Of a stretch of 64,000 nt of DNA, positions 36,936 to 51,998 are shown in pieces. The number at the start of each line of letters is the position of its first letter. Positions within the stretch are counted from its first letter, which is position 1. The DNA lies in assembly GCA_051294375.1 (NCBI GenBank), contig CM119268.1, forward strand, positions 18,742,615-18,806,614. Reading direction: 5' to 3'. A model generated the notes under the pieces. It saw only the letters and a program-made list of their open reading frames with translations, searched no databases and was not told where the DNA came from. A program made the translations under genes and the position numbers. Origin of the DNA: Paraspadella gotoi (Eukaryota; Animalia; Chaetognatha).

Positions 36936-39183
36936 TTAAAAAAGTGAAAATTTGTAACATAGTGAGATGTGACATAAGGCGATACACAATTTAAAACAGA
37001 AATGTAATTTCGTGTTCTTTCTTCAAAAAAATAAAAAACTAAAGTTTTGATGTAAAGAATTAAATATTAAAAAAGAAAAGAGAGAGAGTTTATTTATTTC
37101 TGCCCTCAGGACTGTTTATGTTTTTATTACATGCAACATTGGGATTATTATTAATTATGTATAGTTGTGAAAAAAATTAGATCCACACTATGTACATGTA
37201 TGTATATATATACGAGCACCTAGTGATCATAGAGCTGATGGCTTTACTCAATGAGCCATCGGTCACGACTGAAAGGTGTCATGCTTATAGGGCGGGGTGA
37301 ACCTAGGCAATATTAAAAGAAATCTTACTTATTACTAGTCAACATAGTTATATTAGGTTGTATAAATAACATAGATCGATTGGTTTATAAGTCAGGGACC
37401 TAATCCCGATAATTGTATGGTAATTTCAATTTACTGCAGCATACTGCAGCTTCAATTTTTTTAAAATAAAAAAATTAAAGTACTGACTGATTTTATTGCT
37501 TGTTATACAATTTTGGTTTATGCAAGAAGTTAGATTTTTTATTCGAGAAATCCATAAACGTACTCTCTCAATACTACCATAAAAAACCCATTAGGTTGAT
37601 CATTGTAACTTTTGACAGGAGTTGATTTTAATTATTTGGACGCGGAGCAAAAAAAATATCTTACAAACGATTTCTTTCTGCGATAAAAATAAAACAATTT
37701 TGTAAAACAATCGTGCGTAGGGCGAGGATCAATTAAGGGGGTAAGGTTCAAGTCCGAACTCTGTATATTAGAGCGTACTAACAAAATACAAATCAAGTGA
37801 GTGTACTAAGCTATTCTTAGTGTATATGTCAGTCTGTAGAGAATTCGAGGTGATGACCATGTTTATTTTGTATTAATTATATCATATATGTCGGAAATGA
37901 CGGCGTTTTTATGTATACTAAAGTTTTATAAAATAGCAACCATATAAAGTTATGATAAATCAAAGTTATTTAAAATATAATTAAATTTATATGAGCTTTT
38001 GAAATATAAAAATAAAAGTACTTATAAAAATATTTTGGTAAGGTTTATTTTCTTAATATTTTTAACTATAAAGTTAGTTAACTTATATTTATAATAATTA
38101 TAAGCTAATAAAAATTGGCTAAAGTAAAAAAAATAATTTCAAAAATTTATTCATGGATTGGATTTCTTGGCAACAAGTTGATATAAGAAAATATAACTTT
38201 GTTATATCAAAATTATGTCATTAAAGTTGGTAAAATTCATAAAAACTATGAATTTAAAGAAAAAATTGAAAAATTAAACAAAAATAGATAGTTTTTTAAT
38301 TCTTTAACACTACATTATGAAGATTTTTTAATGGATATACTTTCTATATCAACTTTTTGTAGAGATTCAAATTCGATTATTAAAATTTAAAATTTTTAAT
38401 TTTCACTTTAGCTTTTTTTATTATTATATTAATTAAATATAGTTAACAAAAACTATTAATTGAAATAATAAATTTTGTAAACAAATTACCAAAATATTTA
38501 TATGGCGTCTTTATTAGTATGTAAGTTATTGGCTTTTTCACTAACTACTTAAGATAATTTGAGTTTCTATAACTTTACAATGTTTTGCGCCTACATTTTA
38601 ATAGCACGTTATTTGCTCGCAAAAACGCCATTTCCCACAAAGAAGAAATGAGACTACTACAAAAAAGTGCATTATCATCATCGAATTCTAAGACTGGAGA
38701 TATACATTATATATATTAAGTACGTCCTTACTTGATTTGGTTAATTTCGATTATTTTTTCAACGCCCTATATGTTATTTTTTTCAAGCCCTATATGTTAT
38801 CGATGTATGTATTGTATATTGCTAAAACTTTTCTGTTCCAATTCTGATAGGCGATCACTAACAATTTCTCTCTCTCTCATCTCCTCTTCTCCCTCTCATC
38901 TCTCTCTCTCATTATCTCTCTCGTCTCTCTCTTCTCTCTCTCTTCTCACACTCTTCGTCGTCGATTGCATTGACCCCTGGATATATCGTCTCTCATGGCG
39001 AAAACGAAGGCGATATAAGCACCGATTATGAGGACCTATAATCTGAGAGAGAAAGCAAAAGGGAGAATAACAAATACAACAAGGCCATAGAAGGAAGCGA
39101 AAGCAGGAAAAGACGGAGAGGAAGAGAGAAAGAGGACGAGAGGAGTGGGAGAGAGAGAGAGGATAGAAGAGAGAGAGGAGAGC

Positions 39184-39240
<57 letters not shown>

Positions 39241-39544
39241 AGAGAATAAAAATATACTCATAGAAAGAGATAAACGACACCTAATTATCTGTATATTAAA
39301 AGTATGATATCATAATGATTAGCTCCCAATGATAAGTTAACACTACCATATCTCTTACAAACTTACCACATACTACGAAGTTGGACGAATGAAAAAGTCC
39401 TTTGCAGCAAAGGGTCGCTGGCAGTCTTTGCGGCCACATTTTTGACGGAGAGAGTGAGAGAGAAGAGAGAGACGAGAGAGAAGAGAGAGAGAGGAAGAGA
39501 GAGAGAGAAGAGAGAGACGAGAGACAGAGAGAGAGAGAGAGAGA

Positions 39545-40897
39545 GAGATAGATAGATAGATAGATAGATAATTCCCGCCTTCCCTTATTTATGAGACTTC
39601 GCGTTCGAGTGAGATTCCGATGCAGTTTTTATACGGATTGATGGCGTCGTCGCCGTCGCCGTCGCCGTCGTCGTCGTCATCGTCGTCGCCGAGTCCATAA
39701 CCCGGCCGCCATCTTTGGCTTTGGAAGCGTAAATCCGCTCGCCTCCCCCCATCATCCTCCTTGTTATTTTTCCCACGCGAATTTCTTGGCCTGAAGTCGT
39801 TGTTGTTGATTCACGACGTCGTCGTCGTCGTCGTCGTCGTCGATTGTAATGAACAGGAAATCTTTTTCTTGACTTCGATCAGCGGGTTTCGCGTTGTTGT
39901 CGTTGTTGTTATTAATTTTTTGTTTCTTTTATTGTTTTTGTTTTGCCTGCTTTCACGATGTCTCTCGGCAAACCATTCGTTTATAATCATTAATTTTTTC
40001 ATCGCGAATTATTTATCCTTTATAAATCCAGTACGTGAAATATGTGTTTGTTGTTGTTGTTGATGTAGTTGTTGTTGTTGTTCTTATGTTGTTGTTGTTT
40101 TGTGCTTTTGAGAGGAAGGCTGATGGTTGAAGGCACGAGAGGTGGTGATCGAATTTTAAGCGACTGAAAGGAAAGAATAAAAATATCTTTTTTTCTACTG
40201 TGCGAAATTTACAACAATATGTCAAAAAAAATCTGAAATAAAAATTCGAAAATAAACATGAAAGATTGTATTGAAAACCAAGAGTACTACAATAACAAAG
40301 AATATTATTCCAAACACAATGTTAATTATAAATAATGATTTGAATTGATATTGATATTGATTTAATTATAAGAAGCGACAAAAAGTCAATTTACAATATA
40401 TGTAAAACTTTGAAAAAATATGAAATTGAGGTAAATAAAAGTTTTCAGAGGAAAAAATAGATGCCCTGGATGGATTTGAATTGGTTATTAGAAAGAGAGA
40501 GAAGAGTGAGAGAGAGAGAGAAGAGAGAGAAGAGAAGAGAGAGAGAGAGAGAGAAGAGAGAGGAGAGAGAGAGAGAGAGAAGAGAGAGGCTCCAAATTCC
40601 GGAGTGAGATTGCGAATGTTTTCATCTTCGCGGAGAAAAGAGTTTTCTCTAAGTCGAGGCTCGGAGCCCCTCCTGTGCCAACACCCGAGCCATCGCCCCC
40701 GGAGCCGCGGGGCGTGGTTTGCCGTGCCGCAGGGGCTGCTCGGTGGGCGGCTCCTGCTGCGCGTGAGGATTTCGGGTGAGGAAATCAGATAGGAAACGAA
40801 CGGACGAACGAGGCGAAAAATTTGGAAGGAAGGAAATGGAAGAATGATGATGTTAACTCCAAAAGGCGTCTCTTTTCTCTCTCTCCCTCTCTTTCTC

Positions 40898-40956
<59 letters not shown>

Positions 40957-41809
40957 CTCCTCTCCTCTCGTTAAAAACTCCAACAAGTCTATCTTATTTC
41001 TGAAAAAAAGGAACAATAAATTTACTTACTTTTTATTTTCACTTATTTTCCTCTTTTGCCGTTTTCCAAACAAAATATTTATTTTAGTTTTACCAACGAA
41101 ATATTTCACAGAAATTTGCTCACCTAATCCTTTTTTTCATTCAGATTTCACCTGCTGGTATTAGCGAATTTCCTTTTTTTTCTTTTTTTAGCGCTTTCCT
41201 GTCTGGACTTTTGCCTTACACGGAGATCGACCAGGAAAAAATAAACCAGATACAGTTTTAGCCCCCTTTGTTTTTTTAAAATCAATTCACCCATCCATTT
41301 TTGGGTTATTTATTCAAATTTGTTATGTGACATCTGTGCTTTTAGTCAAAGCAAGTCAAACTTTTTTTATCAAAATAAGAAAAAAAAAGAAAAAAGAAGT
41401 TTGCAATTTTCGAGGATGTGGTTGAATTCTTCAAGCAAAGAAAAAATTTTTATAATTTCTTAGGCGCCAAATTTTGAAAAAGTTGCCGGAGACGAAAGAA
41501 AATAAAAAACTATTTTAGGGGACGATAAAATAAAAATAAAAAAAAGATAAAAGAAGTAAAAAAAGAGTAATTAGTTTTTTTAACAAAAATAGTATTATTT
41601 TTCCTCTTTTCGTTTTTTGTGACTTTTTTCTGTCGTCGGTTGGCAAAGTCCTTTCTTTTGACTTTGTTTTACTGTGTTAACTTTGTTTTGTTCTAAACTT
41701 CGAAGAATCTCGGAACAAATACGTCAAGCAAGTTTGTATCATTTGTCACTGAAGTAGTAGAGAGGAGAGCACGAGAGCAGAGAGAGAGAGAGAGCGATGA
41801 GAGAGAGAC

Positions 41810-41842
<33 letters not shown>

Positions 41843-42960
41843 AGAGAGAGACGAGAGAGAGAGAGAGATGAGAGAGAGAACGAGACAAGAGAGAGAGAAA
41901 GACAAGATAGAGACGAGAGAGAGATGAGAGAGAGGAGACGAACGAGAGCGAGAGAGACAGGAGAGAGAGAAGAGAGAGGAAATCGAAAGCGTTGAGGAAA
42001 TTTCATGGAGCAATAATAATTTTTTACGTCTACAAAAGGGCGTTCTCTCTCTTTCTATAACAATTCAAATCCATCCAGGGCATCTATTTTTTCCTCTGAA
42101 ACTTTTATTTACCTCAATTCATTTTTTTCAAAGTTTTACATATATTGTAATTGACTTTTGTCGCTTCTTATTAATTAAATCAATATCAATATCAATTCAA
42201 ATCATTATTTATAATTAACATTGTGTTGGAATAATAATTCTTGTTATTGTAGTACTCTTGTTTTCATACAATCTTTTCATGTTTATTTTCGATTTTTATT
42301 CAGATTTTTTGACATATTGTTGTAAATTTCGCACAGTAGAAAAAAAAAGATATTTTTATTCTTTTCCTTTCAGTCGCTTAAAATTCGATGCACCACCTCT
42401 CGTGCCTTCAGCCATCAGCCTTCCTCTCAAAAGCACAAAACAACAACAACAATAAGAACAACAACAACAACTACATCAACAACAACAACAAACACATATT
42501 TCACGTACTGGATTTATAAAGGATAAAATAAATTCGCGATGAAAAATTAATGATTATAACGAATGGTTTGCCGAGAGACATCGTGAAGCAGGCAAAACAA
42601 AACAATAAAAGAAACAAAAATAATAACAACAACGACAACAACGCGAAACCCGCTGATCGAATCAAGAAAAAGATTTCCTGTTCATTACATCGACGACGAC
42701 GACGACGACGACGACGTCGTGAATCACAACAACGACTTCAGCCAAGAAATTCGCGTGGGAAAAATAACAAGGAGGATGATGGGGGGGAGGCGAGCGGATT
42801 TATCGCTTCCAAAGGCCAAAGATGGCGGCCGGGTTATGGACTCGGCGACGACGATGACGACGACGACGGCGACGGCGACGGCGACGACGCCATCATCCGT
42901 ATAAAAACTGCATCGGAATCTCACTCGAACCGAAGTCTCATAAATAAGGGAAAGGCGGGA

Positions 42961-42991
<31 letters not shown>
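39545..42991. repeat. Inverted duplication 39545-40487 / 42055-42991
   Basis: Reverse-complement match over ~0.94 kb, ending at a 25-N gap (42992-43016). Confidence 0.88.
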
Positions 42992-43034
42992 NNNNNNNNN
43001 NNNNNNNNNNNNNNNNGAAAGAGAAGAGATGTGA

Positions 43035-44751
43035 AAAAAATTAATGATCCACACTATGTACAATTATGTAACTCAGATATACGAGCACCTAAGTGATTAT
43101 CGAGCTGAGATGGCTTTACTCAACTGAGCCATCGGGTCACGACTACGGAAGGTGTCATCCGCTATAGGAGGGGGTGAACCTTAGGCAATCAATTAAAAAG
43201 AAATCTTACTTATATAGTCAACATACGTATAGTTAGCTGTATAAATAACATAGATCGAGTGGTATTATAATCAGGGGACTAATCCCGATAATTGGGTATG
43301 GTAATTTCAATGTTTACTAGCAGCATACTGCAGCTTTCAATTTTTTTAAAATAAAAAAATTAAAGTACTGACTGAATTTTTATTGGCTTGTTATATATAT
43401 AATATAGATTATAATTGCAAGAAGTTAGATTTTTTATTTCGAGCAAATGCCATAAACGTACTCTCTCAATACTACCGATTAAAGAAACCCATTAGGTTGA
43501 TCATGTGTAACTTTTGCACAGGAAGTTGATTTTAATTATTTGGACGCGGAGCAAAAAATGTCTTAAAAACGATTCTTCTGCGATAAAAATTAAACAATTT
43601 TGTAAACAATCGTGCGTAGGGCGAGGATCAATTAAGGGGGTAAGGTTCAAGTCCGAAATCTTATATTAGAGCAGTCTACATTTACAAATAAGTGAGGTAC
43701 AAGGCTATTCTTAGTGTAATGTCAGTCTGTAGAAATTCGATGGTGATGACCATGTTTTTTAGTATTAATATATATATATATGTCGGAAATGACGGGTTTT
43801 ATGTTCGTAACGTTTATAAAATAGGCAACCATTATAAAGTTATGATAAATCAAATTATTAAAATTTTTAAATTTAATATGACTTTTGAATATAAAAATAA
43901 AGTACTTATAAAAATATTTTGGTAAGTTTATTTTCTTAAATTTTAGTTTAAATCTATAAAGTTGTTACTATATATTTATTAATAATTATAAGTAAAATTG
44001 GCTAAAGTAAAAAATAATAATTTCAAAAATTTTTTCATGGATTTGGATCTTTGGCAACAAGTTGATATAAAAGAATATAACTTTGTATATCAAAATTTAT
44101 GTCATTAAGTGTGGTAAAATTCATAAAACTATAGAATCTTAAAGACAAAAATTGAAACAAATTAAACAAAATAGATGAGTTTTTTAATTCTTTTACACTA
44201 CATTATGAAGATTTTTTAATGGATATATTTCTATATCAATTTTTGGTAAGATTCCAAATTCGATTATTAAAATTAAAATTTTTAATTTTCAACTTTAGCT
44301 TTTTTTATTATTATATTAATTATAATATAGTGTACAAACTATTAATGAAATAATAATTTGTAACAAATTACCAAAATATTTATATGCGTCTTTATAGGTA
44401 TGTAGTTTTGCTTCTTGCACTAACTACTTAAGATAACTTGAGTTTCTATAAACTCTACAATGTTTGGCGCTACGAGTTTTAATAGCACGTTATTTGCTCG
44501 CAAAAATCGCCATTTCCGACAAAGAAGAAAATGAGACTGACTACAAAAAGTGATATCATCATCGAATTCTAAGAGAGAGATATATATTATATATATTAGT
44601 ACGTTTACTTGATTTGGTTAATTTCGATTATTTTTCAACGCCACTATATGATTTTTTTCAACGCCCTATATGTTATCGATGTATGTATTGTATATTGTAA
44701 AACTTTTCTGTTCCCATTCTGATAGGCGATCACTAACAAATTTTCTCTCTC

Positions 44752-44787
<36 letters not shown>

Positions 44788-44970
44788 GTCTCTCTCTTCT
44801 CTCTCTTCTCTCTCTCTTCTCACCTCTTCGTCGTCGATTGCATTGACCCCTGGAATATCGTCTCTCCATGGCGAAACGAAGGCGATATAAGCACCGATAT
44901 GAGACTATATCTGAAGAGAGAAAGCAAAAGGAGAAACGAATAACAAAACAAAAGGCCATCAGAAAGGGGG

Positions 44971-45049
<79 letters not shown>

Positions 45050-45283
45050 AGAGAGAGAGAGGTAAAAATACTACATAGAAAAGATAAACTGACACTATAT
45101 CTTGTATATATAAGTATATGATAATAATGATTAGCTCTCAATGATACAGTAACACTTTACATATCTCTTTACAAACTTACCCGATACTCACGAGTTGGAC
45201 GAATGAAAAAAGTCCTTTGCAGCAAAAGGTCGCTGCAGTCTTTGCGGCACATTTTTAGACGGTAGAGAGGAGAGAGAAGAGAG

Positions 45284-45341
<58 letters not shown>

Positions 45342-45538
45342 AGAGGTCAAAAATGTGCCGCAAAGACTGCAGCGACCTTTGCTGCAAAGGACTTTTTCAT
45401 TCGTCCAACTTCGTAGTATGGGTAAGTTTGTAAGAGATATGTAAAGTGTCTAACTGTATCATTGGAGCTAATTCATTATTATCATTACTTATATATACAG
45501 ATATAGTGTCAGTTTATTTTTCTGATGAGTATATTTTA

Positions 45539-45629
<91 letters not shown>

Positions 45630-47540
45630 TTCTCTCTCCCTCCCTTTTCCTGATGGCCTTTGTTTTGTTATTCGTTTCTCCTTTTGCTTTCTCTCTCAGA
45701 TATAGGTCTCATAATCGGGTGCTTATATCGCCTTCGTTTTCGCCATGAGAGACGATATTCCAGGGGTCAATGCAATCGACGACGAAGAGTGTGAGAGAGA
45801 GAGAGAGAAGAGAGAGAAGAGAAGAGTAGAGAGAGAGAGAGATGAGAGAGAGAATGAGAGAGAGAGAGAGAAAATTGCTAGTGAAATCGCCTATCAGAAT
45901 GGGAACAGAAAGTTTTACAATATACAATACATACATCGATAACATATAGGGCGTTGAAAAAAATCATATAGTGGCGTTGAAAAATAATCGAAATTAACCA
46001 AATCAAGTAAACGTACTAATATATATAATATATATCTCTCTCTTAGAATTCGATGATGATATCACTTTTTGTAGTCAGTCTCATTTTCTTCTTTGTCGGA
46101 AATGGCGATTTTTGCGAGCAAATAACGTGCTATTAAAACTCGTAGCGCCAAACATTGTAGAGTTTATAGAAACTCAAGTTATCTTAAGTAGTTAGTGCAA
46201 GAAGCAAAACTACATACCTATAAAGACGCATATAAATATTTTGGTAATTTGTTACAAATTATTATTTCATTAATAGTTTGTACACTATATTATAATTAAT
46301 ATAATAATAAAAAAAGCTAAAGTTGAAAATTAAAAATTTTAATTTTAATAATCGAATTTGGAATCTTACCAAAAATTGATATAGAAATATATCCATTAAA
46401 AAATCTTCATAATGTAGTGTAAAAGAATTAAAAAACTCATCTATTTTGTTTAATTTGTTTCAATTTTTGTCTTTAAGATTCTATAGTTTTATGAATTTTA
46501 CCACACTTAATGACATAAATTTTGATATACAAAGTTATATTCTTTTATATCAACTTGTTGCCAAAGATCCAAATCCATGAAAAAATTTTTGAAATTATTA
46601 TTTTTTACTTTAGCCAATTTTACTTATAATTATTAATAAATATATAGTAACAACTTTATAGATTTAAACTAAAATTTAAGAAAATAAACTTACCAAAATA
46701 TTTTTATAAGTACTTTATTTTTATATTCAAAAGTCATATTAAATTTAAAAATTTTAATAATTTGATTTATCATAACTTTATAATGGTTGCCTATTTTATA
46801 AACGTTACGAACATAAAACCCGTCATTTCCGACATATATATATATATTAATACTAAAAAACATGGTCATCACCATCGAATTTCTACAGACTGACATTACA
46901 CTAAGAATAGCCTTGTACCTCACTTATTTGTAAATGTAGACTGCTCTAATATAAGATTTCGGACTTGAACCTTACCCCCTTAATTGATCCTCGCCCTACG
47001 CACGATTGTTTACAAAATTGTTTAATTTTTATCGCAGAAGAATCGTTTTTAAGACATTTTTTGCTCCGCGTCCAAATAATTAAAATCAACTTCCTGTGCA
47101 AAAGTTACACATGATCAACCTAATGGGTTTCTTTAATCGGTAGTATTGAGAGAGTACGTTTATGGCATTTGCTCGAATAAAAAATCTAACTTCTTGCAAT
47201 AAACAAATATTATAACAAGCAATAAAAATCAGTCAGTACTTTAATTTTTTTTATTTTTAAAAAAATTGAAGCTGCAGTATGCTGCAGTAAATTGAATTAC
47301 CATACCAATTATCGGGATTAGTCCCCTGACTTATAAACCATCGATCTATGTTATTTATACAGCCTAATATACTATGTTACTAGTATAAAGTAAGATTTCT
47401 TTTAATATTGCCTAGGTTCACCCCGCCTATAAGCATGACACCTTCAGTCGTGACCCGATGGCTCATTGAGTAAAGCCATCAGCTCATGATCACTAGGTGC
47501 GTATATATATACATACATGTACATAGTGTGGATCGAATTT
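43035..47540. repeat. Fold-back palindrome centred ~45305 on a (GA)n tract
   Basis: Arms are near-identical (identical 77-aa ORFs at 43692-43925 + and 46690-46923 -); the left arm is also a direct copy of ~37180-39450. Confidence 0.9.
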
Positions 47541-49811
47541 TTTCACAATACGTAACAAAATTAAAATAATCCCAATGTGCATGTGAATAAAAACATAAAC
47601 AGTCCTGATGGCAGAACTTTTAAAATAAACTCTCTTCTTTTCTTTTTAATATTTATTCTTTAAATCAAAACTTCAGTTTTTTTATTTTTGAAGAAAAAGA
47701 ACACGAATTACATTTCTGTTTTATTGTCGTCATCGCCTTATGACATCTCACTATGTTACAAATTTCACTTTTTTTAAGCATCACAACCACTATCACTTCC
47801 TCTACTCTCACTCCCGCCAGTCCCACCATCACAACCACTATCACTTCCTCCACTCTCACTCACACCGTCACAACCACTATCACTTCCTTCACTCTCACTC
47901 CCACCACTCCCACCATCACAACCACTATCACTTCCTCCTATCTCACTCCCACCATCACACACCACTATCACTTCTTCCACTCTCACTCCCACCGTCACAA
48001 CACTATCACTTCCTCCCACTCTCAATCCCACCCCTCTCACCATCACAACCACTATCACTTCCTCCACTCTCACTCCCACCATCCAACACTATCACTTCCT
48101 CCTCTCTCGCTCCCACCACTCTCACCATCACAAACACTTATCATGTTGCATGCGCCACTCTTCCTCTGCCACCATCACAACCACTATCACTTCCTCCACT
48201 GTCACTCCCACCATCACAAACACTATCACTTCCTCCACTCTCACTCCCACCACCCCGCGATCGACGAATTTCTCTCTCCGTGTCGGGCGAAGGTCAAGGG
48301 TCGAAAGAAGATGACCCCAATAAAAATGGCAGTCGAGGGCCCATTTTTTGATCCATGAATGCGGGATCAGTGCAGCTTATAGTTTAAATGTGTTAAACTT
48401 TATTAACTGAAATAATACGATTGTACGCTTTTACATCAATAAAAACTACTAACTTTTAAAAAGGCAGGACAGGTCGTGTGACCGAACTGAAGAAAAGAAG
48501 TAAAACAATCGTGAAACCGAATTGGCTAATGGAATAAGCTGAATGTAAGCTGATAAATATAGAGTTGGCTAATGTAATAAATCAATAGACTTGGCCGTTG
48601 TAATTAAGTGATAGAGCTCGCGGATGTAATTAACTGACAGAGTTTCCGGATGTAATCAACTGACAAAGATTACTGATGGAACCGGCTAGCAACCCAGACT
48701 CTCATTATCTCGGCCTTCTTCGGTTTCTCCTCCTCGTTGAGTAAGAATTCTCGGAAATCCGGGCGACGAGCAAAAGACTCCCTCACCGACCGTTTAGACT
48801 CGCGATTCCCTCCATTTTCCCACCATCTCAAAACCATCTGCTCTCAATTTACCTCCATCATCTGAAAACCGTCTGAACTCAACCTCACCCCTTTTTAACC
48901 AATCTTTACTGAGCTAAGCTCCACCATCTCAAAATAATCTGTACTGTCACAATATCCACTATTTTTAATTTATCAATACTCAGCTCATCTTCATCATTAC
49001 AGATTCACAGAACCATCTAAAATTATTTTCTTCGAAGCTGACTTTCTCCATCTGAAAACTATTTGTACTACGCACTAAATCTCCTCATTTGTAAACCATA
49101 TCTACTAAGGTCACCTCCTCCATCTCAAATCCATATCTCCAGATCTTCAGATAGCTTACCTCAACCAACTAAAGACCATCCTGTACCATCGGACAATCCC
49201 CTTAACCTTAAGGGTTTTTCTGCTGAAACCTCTGGTTTCATTATTTTTTTCCCTTTAGGAAATCATTTCTGTCTTCTTTGAACTGAGCAGTGAGCATCAG
49301 CCTACTCAGCAGATTAAAGGTTAAATAAATGCCGAGAGAAGCCTCTTTCTTTTGGAAAATATAAGAATAACATTGGTCTTTAGCTTTTCCTTTTCTTTTC
49401 TCTCTTCCCGTCTCTCTCCCTTTTCTTCTATTTTCTTCTTAATATTTTCTTTCTTTTTCTTCTAGTTGATATTAATTTCTATTTTTTTCTCTTTTCATTT
49501 ATTTTCTTTTATCTTTTCTTTTCTATCTTCTTTGCTTTTCTTTCCCTTTCTTCAATTTTCTTTTTTTTTCTTCTTTATTTTCTCTTCTTTTCTTTTCTTT
49601 TCTTTTTCTTTTATTTTCTTTTCTTCTCTTTTTTTATTTTCCGTTCTTTTCTTATCTTCTCATTTTTTTTTCTTATTATTTCTTTTCTTCTCCTCGCTCT
49701 TTAACGTCGAGAATCCTTGAACTTCTCCGAAAGTCGATATAACTCGAGTAATCGAACTTAATTGAATCTGACCAAATCCCGGGAATATCCTTCCTTCAAA
49801 GTTGTGGAGCT

Positions 49812-49946
<135 letters not shown>

Positions 49947-50771
49947 GAATCGAATCCCAGTGGACTGAAAAGAAAAGCGAGGGAAGTCTCTTCGTCAGGA
50001 ACGCGGTCATCTCTGCTCGTTTCCGCAACAAAATGAAAAGATGAGTTTTAGTTTTGTTTGTTTTTTTTTCTTTTCTTAGTTTTGTTTCATCCAATAAATT
50101 TAGTTTAACGTTTAATTCAAACATATAAATGTTTGCTTAAAATTTATGATGCTTGTTGTCTCAACCCCGTAAACTGCTTGTTTTTTTTCGCAACCTTGTC
50201 TTCAATCACCTGAACGATAACAAAAGACAAGGACTCGAAAAAATGGGAAATTTTTTTAGCAAAAGAGTAAAAAGAAAAAAAAAAGAAATAAAAGGGAAAA
50301 AGGAGAAATGTGAAAAAAAGAAAAGAAAAAAAAGGAAACAAAAAATTCAAGTGAGTCCGAGGTCAAACGAAGGAATTGAAGAGAAAAAAGGGAAAGAAAA
50401 AGGAAGTATAAATCTTACACTGCGGCGCAAAAAAAAGAAGACACTAGGTAGCTTCTAATACACCATTATTTCTTTTTTAATTTTGAGAAAATATATATTA
50501 AAAGTATAGCTCTTTTAAAGAGCTATCGGTCGGTGCAAGAAAAATTTGAATTTGTTCTGGAAGTAGTATAGAGCAAGACTCTAAAGTCAGAGTCTCAGAA
50601 TGGAATTGGGAAAAAGTGATTTCTAAAGGTTAGTATTGTTGATACTTTTTTTCTGACTGATGTTTATAATATAGAACTAAAAAAATCATAATAAAAGGGT
50701 TGTCAATAAATTTGTATTACTTTTTTATAAAAATATTTTTGAATTGCTACCAAATATTGCATTTTAATAAT

Positions 50772-50942
50772 TATTAGAAAAGTTTGAAATGAATTTTCAA
50801 CAACGATTTTATTTTTAATAAAAAACGGACATGTTTCGGCTTAACTACAAGCCTTCATCAGCATTAAAAAAGTTAGTGAATTTGAAACAAATTATGTGCA
50901 TAAAGAAAGAGTGAGAGAGAGAGAGAGAGAGAGAGACCACAA
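50772..50942 (-). mobile_element. 171-bp hammerhead-containing insertion with 14-bp flanking direct repeat (Penelope-like terminal-repeat fragment)
   Basis: TGCATTTTAATAAT at 50758-50771 and 50943-50956; insert is absent at the homologous sites near 33810 and 56780. Confidence 0.7.
50824..50865 (-). ncRNA. Minimal type-I hammerhead ribozyme
   Basis: Minus strand AAUG-CUGAUGA-A-GGCUU guaguu AAGCC-GAAAC AU GUC^-CGUU: complete core, 5-bp stem II, palindromic ACAUGU stem III, stem I AAUG/CGUU. Predicted cleavage 50828/50827. Confidence 0.82.
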
Positions 50943-51509
50943 TGCATTTTAATAATAAATATTAAAAACAATCAATTTTTTCAAAATTATTTTAAAATCA
51001 AAACATAATTTTATGATAAAAATAAAAAAAATAATTTTATTATAATAGTAAGTGTTTATATTAGTCTGCTTTAACACGAGATGCCATAAGGATAAAAACT
51101 TTGATGTGAAAAAGCTTTGAAATTAACCTTGGGTAAGTTATCACTCAAACTGCTTTTTCTTTATTTTAAAAAGATTGCTTTTTTATATTGTTTCCCTACT
51201 TATTTTCATTTTCTTTAGGTTGAAAATGGTTGATACCTATCCTACAGATATTTGATGCTGAATTTGTTCAGCTAATTTCAATAATAATATTATAATAAGA
51301 AAAAGTCAGAGACTCTTCTTTGATTAATATTAATTTATTCTTGTCAGATGATTTGTACCAATCGACTTTGACCTCCTATAACTTTCGGACGCTTTGATAG
51401 ATTTTAATGGGGCCTGAACCAATCGCTTTATCTTTAAATAAGCTTTGTTTTATGTTTCTATATCTCAGTAAAATTTATCCATCCAATATAGCTTTTTCGG
51501 TGTGAAAGA

Positions 51510-51549
<40 letters not shown>

Positions 51550-51963
51550 GTGTAGATGTTGCGCCGGATTTTAAAACTTGTATCGATCCAACAAGAATTT
51601 GATACAATGTGATATGTGATACAATGTGATACAATGTGATACAATGTGATATAATATACGTTTAGAAGTAGATTTAACGGACCAATAAAAGAAAACAGAT
51701 AGAAAAACCAACCGACAGACGAAAGTTATTTTAAGGTTTGCTCCGCCAGTACAAGCGGGTTAAGAAATAGAAAGGCACGTAGTAAAGATGAGTCAAGACA
51801 GAAAATGGAGACCGATTGTAAACAAAGATGCAAAAAAGAGGAAAAGAGGAAAACTCAGCGTAAAGTGGGCAATAATAAAAGATTGAAAAAAAAAGATGGA
51901 AATGAGAGGAAAAAATAGGAAGAAGAAAACGACGTTTTGCTGAAGAATAAGAAGAAGAAGAAG

Positions 51964-51998
<35 letters not shown>

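Noticed and set aside
47740-48358. ~200-aa His/Thr/Pro-rich ORFs
   Set aside because: Open in multiple frames because of the minisatellite; frames are not preserved between duplicated copies.
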